Part shown: in pieces, positions 56,719 to 64,000 of the stretch
Layout of the letters: each line of letters begins with the position of its first letter
How positions within the stretch are numbered: position 1 is the stretch's first letter
Source: an uncultured Candidatus Saccharibacteria bacterium
GTDB lineage: Bacteria; Patescibacteriota; Dojkabacteria; J137
Length of the DNA: 64,000 nt
Direction: 5' to 3'
NCBI GenBank assembly: GCA_965230975.1
Contig: OZ246402.1
Span: 165,771-229,770, forward strand
Made by a program: the position numbers and the translations under genes
Notes under the pieces: generated by a model
Databases searched by the model: none
The model's input: the letters and a program-made list of their open reading frames with translations, nothing else
What the model was told of the DNA's origin: nothing

Positions 56719-57734
56719 ATAATATAAATAATAAAAAACCAAGAATACTAACTGGTGATAGACCAACAGGCAAACTACACCTTGGTCATTACGTTGGCTC
56801 TTTAGCAAATAGAGTTAAACTTCAAGATGAATACGATGAATTTATAATGATTGCAGATGTACAAGCTTTAACCGACAATTATGACAATCCTCAAAAAGTT
56901 AGAGATAACCTACTAGAAGTAGCAATGGATTACTTAGCTGTAGGTATTGATCCAACAAAAACAACAATTTTTGTACAATCACAAATTCCAGAAATTGCAG
57001 AACTAACAGTCTTTTTTATGAACTTAGTAACACATGCTCAAGTTTTAAGAAACCCAACTGTAAAAACTGAAATAATAGAAAAAGGATTTGGAGACACTAC
57101 TCCATTTGGATTTGTAGCCTACCCAGTAAGTCAGGCTGCAGACATCCTATTTTTAAAAGCAAGCTTAGTACCGGTTGGAGCCGATCAAGCACCAATGTTA
57201 GAACTTGCAGATGAGATAGGTCAAAGATTTAACCGAACATACAACACAAACATCTTCCCACGGGTAAAAGGATTGTTTGGAGAAATCCCAAGATTAATTG
57301 GTACAGATGGTCAAGCAAAAATGAGCAAATCTATTGGAAACACAATTTATTTGTCAGATTCTACAGAGATAGTAAAAGAAAAGGTAATGAAAATGTACAC
57401 AGACCCAAACAGAAAGAAATCAACAGACCCTGGAACCGTAGAAGGCAACCCCGTATTTATTTATCATGATGCCTTTAACCCAGATAAGGCAGAAGTTGAG
57501 AATTTGAAAGCAAGATACAAGGCAGGGACAGTTGGAGATGTAGAGGTTAAACAAAAACTAGCAGTTGCAATTAACAACTTTTTAGACCCAATAAGAGAAA
57601 GAAGGTCTAAATACGAACAAAACCCGGAACTTGTTAAAGAGATTTTAGAAAAAGGCATAGAAAAAGCTAGTATAATTGCAAAAGAAACTATGCAAGAGGT
57701 AAAGTCTGCAATGAAAATAGACTATTTTAAATAA
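56715..57734 (+). CDS. trpS: tryptophanyl-tRNA synthetase (bacterial type)
   Basis: [16 protein letters not shown] (HIGH-type), [17 protein letters not shown] (compare E. coli GIDPEKSTIFVQSHVPE), [10 protein letters not shown]...VPVGADQ, KMSKS. Confidence 0.9.
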   Translation: MNNINNKKPRILTGDRPTGKLHLGHYVGSLANRVKLQDEYDEFIMIADVQALTDNYDNPQKVRDNLLEVAMDYLAVGIDPTKTTIFVQSQIPEIAELTVFFMNLVTHAQVLRNPTVKTEIIEKGFGDTTPFGFVAYPVSQAADILFLKASLVPVGADQAPMLELADEIGQRFNRTYNTNIFPRVKGLFGEIPRLIGTDGQAKMSKSIGNTIYLSDSTEIVKEKVMKMYTDPNRKKSTDPGTVEGNPVFIYHDAFNPDKAEVENLKARYKAGTVGDVEVKQKLAVAINNFLDPIRERRSKYEQNPELVKEILEKGIEKASIIAKETMQEVKSAMKIDYFK

Positions 57735-57802
57735 TCTATTAAAACCTTTGTTTGAGGTTATTTAAGTAATGTATTAAACTTAAAATAGAGTAATAATAAA
57801 TT

Positions 57803-58438
57803 ATGAAAGTTGTAAGAGCTTTACCTAAAATTATAATTGTAGTAGTTGTTTCTTTTGTTCTTGTTTATTTTTTAAATAAGGGTGCATTAGATAAATCAAG
57901 CAGACCTATTAAAGAGATAACGGCTGAAAATTACACTGAGGTTATAAAAAACCAAGTTGAAATAGACGATACTGTAAGTATTAAGGGCACACCCAATCTT
58001 TTGGCTCAAGTTTCTCAAGAGTCTTTGGTTACGGGATCAACCTCTGAAAGAAAAATTGACTACTACTATGTTGGCTTAAAAGAGTATGGGTTTGATTTTG
58101 TTGTTAGAATTATCCCAGGTAAATTAAAAGCAGAAGAGCAAACATTTGTAGGTAGGGTTACCGGATTAGCCTCTACAGAATTTGGCACAAGAATTAAAAA
58201 CAGCTTAAACAAGCCAATAAACTTTGATGAGAGCGTTAACGAGCAAGCATCTAATGAATTAGATAAAGAATCTAAAGACTTATTGGCTCAAAAATCTGAA
58301 GCAAATTTTACTAACTCTACACTACTTGTTTTAGATGAAGAGGTTGTGTCTTACTCTACTGCATTTGGTACAGTAGTGTTTTGGAGCGCAATACTTAGTG
58401 TGTTCATGATTACGTTATTTAGAAAAAAGGTGTTTTAA
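57803..58438 (+). CDS. hypothetical protein with N- and C-terminal transmembrane helices
   Basis: 211 aa. TM at aa ~8-25 and at the extreme C-terminus (VVFWSAILSVFMITLF). Confidence 0.4.
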   Translation: MKVVRALPKIIIVVVVSFVLVYFLNKGALDKSSRPIKEITAENYTEVIKNQVEIDDTVSIKGTPNLLAQVSQESLVTGSTSERKIDYYYVGLKEYGFDFVVRIIPGKLKAEEQTFVGRVTGLASTEFGTRIKNSLNKPINFDESVNEQASNELDKESKDLLAQKSEANFTNSTLLVLDEEVVSYSTAFGTVVFWSAILSVFMITLFRKKVF

Positions 58439-58460
58439 TATTTTTTAAGTTTAAGAAATA

Positions 58461-58490
58461 AAAAAAGGAGGCTTTTAAGCCTCCTTTTAA
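58461..58490. terminator. bidirectional rho-independent terminator
   Basis: AAAGGAGGCTT-tt-AAGCCTCCTTT flanked by an A-run upstream and a T-run downstream. Sits between convergent genes ending at 58438 (+) and 58503 (-). Confidence 0.75.
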
Positions 58491-58502
58491 TATCTCGTTT
58501 GT

Positions 58503-59585
58503 TTATTTGGATTTCTCGTTAAGTTCTACCAATCTTTTTAAACCATTATTTCTGGTTAAGGCTGTTTTTAAATACTCTCTATTACTTTCAACGGAGTAAT
58601 ACTTTTTAGAAGCATCATCGAGCTTTGAAATTTCTTGTTCAACTTCTTCATCTGTAGGAATTCGTTTTTCTTTTACAGCTAGATTTATTAACAAAAGGTC
58701 TGTTGCCAAATCCAATTCAGATTGTTTGTGCCACTCTTCTCTTAACTCTTCAATTGTTTTACCTTGGGTTTTTAAATAAACTTCTGCGTCAAGTTTAAGA
58801 TCTTTTAACCTTTTTTTAAATTGCTCTTCTCTCTCTTCCATTTCTTTATGTACGTATTCATGTGGGACTTCAAAATCTGCAGCATTTACTGCTGCCATTA
58901 CTAAACTATTTGTGTATTCCCCTTGTGATTGCTCTTCTTTTAAACTGATTAGTGTTTCCTTAACTTTTGCCTTAGCTCCTGCAAGGTCTTTTTCATCTTC
59001 ATAACCAAGTTCTTTAATAAGATCATCTGTTAGTTCAATATCTTCCTGTTCAGATTCTTCTTTGTTTGAATCTTTAGATGCTTTTTTTTCTGTCTTTACT
59101 ATATTCTTTTCCCATTTTTCTCTTGGTAAAGAAGATTTTACAAGATTTTTAATAACCTCAATAACTTCTTCATCTGTTACCTTCTCCTCTTTCTTTTCAA
59201 CTTTTAGTTTAGTAAGTTTCGAAACATCAATGTCAGGTTGCCTTAAGAATTCAAAAGTAAATTTGATACCTTTTTCATTTTTATCTACTTCTGGAATGTC
59301 ATAATTAAGTGTAGATATTGGGTTTAATTTTTCAAGCTTTAAAACCTCTATTGCAACTTCTGGCAAAACCTTGTTAATGGTTTCTATATATACATTGTAT
59401 GCAATCTGCTTTTCAATTTCTGCTTTTGGTGCCATTCCCGGTCTAAAGCCTGGGATTTTTACACTCTTAGACATTTGTTTAAATAGTTCTGATCTTCTCT
59501 TTTCAAACAGGTCCTCGGGCACTACAGCTTCAAATTTCACCTTGTTTTTCTTCTCTTCAAGTTTTTTATAGTTGATTTTTTCCAT
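58503..59585 (-). CDS. tig: trigger factor, short form apparently lacking the FKBP/PPIase domain
   Basis: N-terminal ribosome-binding domain with IPGFRPGMAPKAEIEKQ (compare GFRxGxxP). The C-domain starts at LTDDLIKELGYEDEKDL around aa 185. Only about 75 aa separate the two, too few for a PPIase domain. 360 aa in total. Confidence 0.7.
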   Translation of the reverse strand: MEKINYKKLEEKKNKVKFEAVVPEDLFEKRRSELFKQMSKSVKIPGFRPGMAPKAEIEKQIAYNVYIETINKVLPEVAIEVLKLEKLNPISTLNYDIPEVDKNEKGIKFTFEFLRQPDIDVSKLTKLKVEKKEEKVTDEEVIEVIKNLVKSSLPREKWEKNIVKTEKKASKDSNKEESEQEDIELTDDLIKELGYEDEKDLAGAKAKVKETLISLKEEQSQGEYTNSLVMAAVNAADFEVPHEYVHKEMEEREEQFKKRLKDLKLDAEVYLKTQGKTIEELREEWHKQSELDLATDLLLINLAVKEKRIPTDEEVEQEISKLDDASKKYYSVESNREYLKTALTRNNGLKRLVELNEKSK

Positions 59586-59655
59586 TTGTAATTCTTAATT
59601 ATTAAGCGACGCGATTATACATTATCTGACAATATTTTTCGAGCTCAACACTTGA

Positions 59656-60027
59656 TTAAAAGTCTTTGTCATCCTCGTAACCATAGTTATCGGAGTCAAA
59701 GTCCTCTTGGTCCAAGAACACATCCTCGTCACTTAAATTTACATCTTCGTCTGCCCACTCAACCATATCGTCTTCTGATTCTTCTTCGTTTGCAGGTTTT
59801 TTCAACTTTTTTGCAGCTTCTTCAAACTCTTCGTCAGCTTTGTCCTTATCTTCATCTGTTTTTATTTCACCCATGTTGAAATAACTTACCTCATTAGAGA
59901 GTGGTGCCTCAGAAGCTAAGTCTTCATCGCTTGAAAAGTTAACCTCCTCTACTACAAAATCATCTGTTACAGGTAGTACTACATCTTGAGATAAATCGTC
60001 GTCAGTTGGCTTTTTATTTTTAGCCAT
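59656..60027 (-). CDS. hypothetical highly acidic protein
   Basis: 123 aa, about 40 percent D/E. No motif. Confidence 0.4.
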   Translation of the reverse strand: MAKNKKPTDDDLSQDVVLPVTDDFVVEEVNFSSDEDLASEAPLSNEVSYFNMGEIKTDEDKDKADEEFEEAAKKLKKPANEEESEDDMVEWADEDVNLSDEDVFLDQEDFDSDNYGYEDDKDF

Positions 60028-60103
60028 AAGTTCAATCTAAAAATTATCTCAGTAAAATACGCTATAAGTGTAAATTTGTCAATTAATTTTAGATTGTTTG
60101 TCA

Positions 60104-61189
60104 CTATAGATTTTGAATTATACTTAGTAGCTTCTCTGCAAAGCTTTCCCAGGAGTATTTTTTTATGACAGATTGATCTGTCACTTGGATATTGTTCATT
60201 AGATTAACCATACCCATTTTTATATCTTCCGGTTTACTTGGGTTAACAAAAATGACACTATTAATATCGGTAGCTACTTCTTTAAAGACTGCTATATTTG
60301 AAGCTAAGACAGGTTTCCCCCTAGCTGTAAATTCAATAATTGGTAACCCAAAACCTTCGTAAATGCTAAGTTGAATCCCTCCTATGCTTAAATCTATTAA
60401 GCTGGCTAAATCTGCTTCTGGTACATATCCCGTGAATAGTACTGAGTTCTCAAGCTTTAAGTCTGATACAGTTTTAAATATTTCATTGTAAAACCAACCT
60501 TTCTTACCTACTATTACAAGTTTGTATTGAGGATACTCTTTTATGAAAAAAGAAAAAGCCTTAATTGCAGTCACATGATTTTTTCGCGGTTCAAGTGTTC
60601 CAACCATTATTAAATAATTTGGTGGCAAATTATATTTTGTGAAAACTTCTTTGTTTTTAGCTTCGTTTTTTGTACTTAAAGCCCAATCGTGAAGACCCAA
60701 TAGGATAAAATCTTTGTTTGGCTTGCTATCCATTTGTAACAACTCACCTAAAACTGTTTTACTGATTGTTACCACAAACCGTGCTTTTTTTAGGGCTAGT
60801 CTAAGTTGAATGTTATAAAACAGACTACCCTTCTTTGAAAAAAATTGGGGGTAACGTATTGGAGCAATATCATGAACCATTTGTATTGTGTTTGGGTAAA
60901 TAATGCTCCACAAAAAATTCGAGGTAGAAATAAATGCGTCGAACTTGTTCTCTTTTAAATATTTAGAACCTTTTAACATCCAAAATGTATCTGCTTTAGT
61001 TGAATCTATTACGGTTATTTTAAAATTACTTGCTAAGTTTAGATTTAGATCAGATGGATAGATATTAGTAAGAAGTTCGTATTGGTTATTTGTATCTATT
61101 TTAGATAAAGCTTCGATCATACTAAATGCAACATAGCCTATTCCTGCTTTATCTTTAAGTGCGGGTGTTAAATCTATTCCAATTTTCAT
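60104..61189 (-). CDS. glycosyltransferase, GT4 family
   Basis: C-terminal YLIMVGTLEPRKNHVTAIKAF...LVIVGKKGW...VLFTGYVPEADLASLIDLSIGGIQLSIYEGFGLPIIEFTARGKPVLASN is a typical Glycos_transf_1 domain. Confidence 0.8.
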   Translation of the reverse strand: MKIGIDLTPALKDKAGIGYVAFSMIEALSKIDTNNQYELLTNIYPSDLNLNLASNFKITVIDSTKADTFWMLKGSKYLKENKFDAFISTSNFLWSIIYPNTIQMVHDIAPIRYPQFFSKKGSLFYNIQLRLALKKARFVVTISKTVLGELLQMDSKPNKDFILLGLHDWALSTKNEAKNKEVFTKYNLPPNYLIMVGTLEPRKNHVTAIKAFSFFIKEYPQYKLVIVGKKGWFYNEIFKTVSDLKLENSVLFTGYVPEADLASLIDLSIGGIQLSIYEGFGLPIIEFTARGKPVLASNIAVFKEVATDINSVIFVNPSKPEDIKMGMVNLMNNIQVTDQSVIKKYSWESFAEKLLSIIQNL

Positions 61190-61251
61190 AATTCTATTTT
61201 ATCAGATTTGTTACACTAAGTATCATAATCAATTGATCAGTATGGTAAATA

Positions 61252-62370
61252 TTGGATTGTTCATATAAAATTATTGCTATGCTTTGCAAAGTAAAATTAA
61301 AAAACTATAGAAATTTAGAAGACTTAGATATAAGTGTAAATCCTAAATCCACAATAATTATAGCTCCAAACTCAACCGGCAAGACTAACTTTTTAGAATC
61401 TATATACTTAAATATTTACGGTTCTCCATTTAAAAGTATAGAAAATATTAAAGAAGTTATTGGTGCCCAAACTAATTTTTGCAAGGCGACTTTAGAGTGG
61501 CAAGACTCAACAACCGAGGTTGTAGTGTCATTAATAGATAATGTTGTAAAAAAAACATATTTTTTTAATTCAAAACCTACTACTCTATCAAAACTATCTA
61601 TATCTCACTCTGCCGTTATTTTTGCACCAGATTCAGTAGATATAATTTCAGGTGATCCCTCTTTAAGAAGGCAGGATTTAGATAATTACTTATCCTCAAT
61701 TTTTAAAGAATACAATCAGGCAATTTTAAACTACAATAAAATTTTAAAAAATCGAAATGCTTTACTTAAAATAATTAGAGATAATAAGGCTTCAAAAAAG
61801 GAGTTGCTATTTTGGACAGATAAATTAATAGAAAATGCTGCAATAATTTACGCTCATAGAGTTAAATTTTTTGAAACAATAGAGCCGTATGTAGTACAGG
61901 TAGTTCAAGAAATGAGTATATTTTTAAAAGAAGATGATTACAAATTTCTTAAACTAACATATATTCCTAATGTGAAAGCAATTAACCAAGATTATTCCGC
62001 ATCTTTAAAAAGTAAGTATGAAGAAAATTTTGATAAAGAGGTTATTGTAGGTAAAACTCTTTATGGAGTACATAAAGATGATTTTAGCTTGTTTATAAAA
62101 GATAAAAATATTAGGTTTTATGGTTCAAGAGGTCAACAACGCTTGGCTACTTTATTAATAAAACTTGCACAAATAAAGTACTTTAAAGAATTAAAAACTT
62201 ATGAGCCACTTTTCTTAATAGATGACTTAATGTCAGAACTTGACTCTGGTAATCGAGATAAGGTTTCGGAGTATTTATTGCACTCGGGTATTCAATTTGT
62301 ATTAACAACTGCAGAAGAACTAGAAATCCCAAAAACTTTAATGGGCAACTCTACTTTAGTTACTCTCTGA
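61252..62370 (+). CDS. recF: DNA replication and repair protein RecF
   Basis: KLKNYRNLEDLDISVNPKSTIIIAPNSTGKTNFLESIY (Walker A) and GSRGQQRLATLLIKLAQ...LFLIDDLMSELD (signature / Walker B). The true start is possibly the Met at 61279 (MLCKVKL). Confidence 0.8.
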   Translation: MDCSYKIIAMLCKVKLKNYRNLEDLDISVNPKSTIIIAPNSTGKTNFLESIYLNIYGSPFKSIENIKEVIGAQTNFCKATLEWQDSTTEVVVSLIDNVVKKTYFFNSKPTTLSKLSISHSAVIFAPDSVDIISGDPSLRRQDLDNYLSSIFKEYNQAILNYNKILKNRNALLKIIRDNKASKKELLFWTDKLIENAAIIYAHRVKFFETIEPYVVQVVQEMSIFLKEDDYKFLKLTYIPNVKAINQDYSASLKSKYEENFDKEVIVGKTLYGVHKDDFSLFIKDKNIRFYGSRGQQRLATLLIKLAQIKYFKELKTYEPLFLIDDLMSELDSGNRDKVSEYLLHSGIQFVLTTAEELEIPKTLMGNSTLVTL

Positions 62371-62727
62371 AAAAAGCACCTCGAAATCTTTTTTTGTAGA
62401 AACCTGCTTTAAAGCTAGAACTACATCTAATATCTCGTCTGAATCAATGTTTTCGGATTCTACGAATTTCTTCATTTCCCCCACAGAAATATCAGTTCTA
62501 GCTACTGTTTTTCTTGCAGCTATAACACCTTCTGATGGGCTTTGAATTTGAATCATATAGGTACTGTTACAGTTGTTGCAAGTTAATCTTAATGATAGTT
62601 TTTCGGTATCTTGACCTAATATTTCTACATCCTCTTTATTGTGTTTGTTTCCACACTTATCACAAAAATTTGGCATGACATTAGGTATTTGTTGTAACAG
62701 TTGGTTTATTGGTAAATTTTTTAACAT
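62356..62727 (-). CDS. hypothetical zinc-ribbon protein
   Basis: 123 aa. CDKCGNKH...CNNCNS forms a CxxC...CxxC pair. The 3' end overlaps recF convergently by 15 nt. Confidence 0.35.
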   Translation of the reverse strand: MLKNLPINQLLQQIPNVMPNFCDKCGNKHNKEDVEILGQDTEKLSLRLTCNNCNSTYMIQIQSPSEGVIAARKTVARTDISVGEMKKFVESENIDSDEILDVVLALKQVSTKKDFEVLFSESN

Positions 62728-62847
62728 ATTTTTCTCCTAGCACAACTATTATATGACTGCTAACTGTATTTTGGCAAGATACTAAAACCTTTATTGATAC
62801 TGCAAAGTCCAGTAGATGGTTCTATTGGCTTGTGAAATTTTTTGTAA

Positions 62848-63441
62848 TTATTGTATTAAATTGGATACGTTACCAATAAGCATGCAGTTATCTTGAATTA
62901 GTAAATCCAAAATAAAAGAGTCTCCCCTTCTTTTTCTGGTTTGAAATTCTGATTCAGACATAACTGTGTAATGAATTTCGCGTTTTCTTTTTTCTTGTGC
63001 TTTCGAAACTAACCTCTCTAAAGTAGGCAAATCCACTTTGCCAATAATTACTAAGTCTATTAAATTTTGCCCAAATGCAAAATCTCTTGTAAAGTAAGGG
63101 GTTAGAAAAGCAAAGGTTACGTTACCAAGTTTTGATTTGTTGTTTATAATTTCTGCACCAAGCCCATAAGACTTGTGAAATAGTGATGTTAGTTCTGGTA
63201 TAAATTGATGATCAAGATTTAAAGTAAAGTACTTTCTATTTCCTTTGTCTTCTACTGTTACTAGTTTCAGCTCTTCTAATCTTGTTAGTTCTCTTCTGAC
63301 AGCATTAATTTCTTCGTTAAATTCTCGTACAGCGCCTCTTAAATGAATGCTCTCTGTTGGGTTAAGCAAAAAATACTCAAGAGTTTTAATCCTAACTTTA
63401 GATATAAATAAATGTTCAAGAGTTTTGATAGAACTACTCAT
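62848..63441 (-). CDS. HTH-domain protein (winged-helix N-terminus, uncharacterised C-terminal domain)
   Basis: 197 aa. The N-terminal ~75 aa (LEYFLLNPTESIHLRGAVREF...LKLVTVEDKGNRKYFTLN) resemble ArsR/wHTH. Confidence 0.4.
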   Translation of the reverse strand: MSSSIKTLEHLFISKVRIKTLEYFLLNPTESIHLRGAVREFNEEINAVRRELTRLEELKLVTVEDKGNRKYFTLNLDHQFIPELTSLFHKSYGLGAEIINNKSKLGNVTFAFLTPYFTRDFAFGQNLIDLVIIGKVDLPTLERLVSKAQEKRKREIHYTVMSESEFQTRKRRGDSFILDLLIQDNCMLIGNVSNLIQ

Positions 63442-63554
63442 TTGAGTAAATTTTTAAAACTAAATAGCTGTTAGTCTAGCTTAAAGTATTTAGAATTTAT
63501 TTTCAAGAAGAAAACGCGATATTACTTACTGGTAGCAATTTATAAAGTTACCAA

Positions 63555-63590
63555 AATGGTGGAGGGTAAAACCCTCCACCATACAAAAAA
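63555..63590 (-). terminator. rho-independent terminator downstream of recA
   Basis: GGTGGAGGG-taaaa-CCCTCCACC (63558-63580), a perfect 9-bp stem. On the minus strand it is followed by AUUUUGG. Confidence 0.6.
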
Positions 63591-63595
63591 TTTTA

Positions 63596-64000
63596 TTATA
63601 AGCCTGCAGCTTTTTTTACATCATTCCAAATTTCTTGTAAAAGTTTTTTATCTTCTTTTAGTAAGTCTTTAACCCCTTCTCTGCCTTGTCCAAGATTTTC
63701 CCCATTTCTTTTAAACCAAGCACCGGATTTTTCTATTACATTGTATTTAACAGCAACGTCAATTAAACTTGAAACTTTGTCTATGCCTTCTCCGTATCTA
63801 ATGTCAAATTCTGCTTCTTTGAAAGGTGGTGCTACCTTGTTTTTGACAACCTTTACACGAACCAGGTTCCCTACTGTCTCATCACCTTTAACGATTTTTT
63901 CTTTAGATCTAATGTCCATTCTTACAGATGAATAAAACTTTAAAGCATTACCACCGGTAGTTGTTTCGGGGTTGCCAAACATAACCCCAATTTTAAGTCT
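63596..64000 (-). CDS. recA: recombinase RecA, C-terminal part; the N-terminus lies beyond the window end
   Basis: [28 protein letters not shown]...[23 protein letters not shown]...[16 protein letters not shown] is canonical RecA. The reading frame stays open to position 64000. Confidence 0.85.
   Translation of the reverse strand, partial: RLKIGVMFGNPETTTGGNALKFYSSVRMDIRSKEKIVKGDETVGNLVRVKVVKNKVAPPFKEAEFDIRYGEGIDKVSSLIDVAVKYNVIEKSGAWFKRNGENLGQGREGVKDLLKEDKKLLQEIWNDVKKAAGL

Noticed and set aside
1-64000. CRISPR arrays, tRNA or rRNA genes, integrases or transposases, prophage signatures
   Set aside because: Scanning intergenic regions found no evenly spaced direct repeats and no cloverleaf-compatible 70-90-nt segments. 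There are no integrase or transposase motifs (no DDE or tyrosine-recombinase R..H..R..Y blocks) and no phage structural genes. The accessory regulator island has no recognisable mobility gene.

Overview
The window is AT-rich (roughly one-third GC by eye), densely packed, and bacterial, with many short gene overlaps. It holds a core information-processing backbone. The recognised genes are rsmI (partial), rpsT, an archaeal-type tyrS, valS, trpS, rpsL-rpsG, rpoB-rpoC, tig, recF and recA (partial). Between them sit accessory or lineage-specific genes. These include two ECF sigma/anti-sigma-like pairs, a class II CPD photolyase, an Elp3-like radical-SAM/GNAT enzyme, a vapBC-like toxin-antitoxin pair, and an island of four helix-turn-helix regulators lying where fusA would normally follow rpsG. 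There are also two GT4 glycosyltransferases, a P-type ATPase, a type IV pilin-like gene and many small hypothetical, acidic or lysine-rich ORFs. Archaeal/eukaryotic-type enzymes (TyrRS, class II photolyase, Elp3) alongside bacterial single-gene rpoB and rpoC, weak Shine-Dalgarno sequences and many tiny unknown proteins suggest a reduced-genome, CPR-like bacterium. That assignment is an inference. No rRNA, tRNA or CRISPR was found. The most unusual item is valS, which carries a roughly 390-aa in-frame insertion encoding a GNAT acetyltransferase domain and a histidine-phosphatase (PGM-like) domain between the conserved PVWY and DVLDTWFSS segments. The valS leader also contains a near-canonical T-box antiterminator (GAGG / UGGUACC bulge / ACGG..CCGU / CCUC). 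Further candidates are a stand-alone histidine phosphatase overlapping trpS, a TsaC-TsaE fusion, a Cys-rich module shared between an anti-sigma-like protein and a small secreted protein, a terminator/antiterminator-like leader upstream of an unknown 457-aa gene, and structured hairpins in the rpoB-rpoC region.
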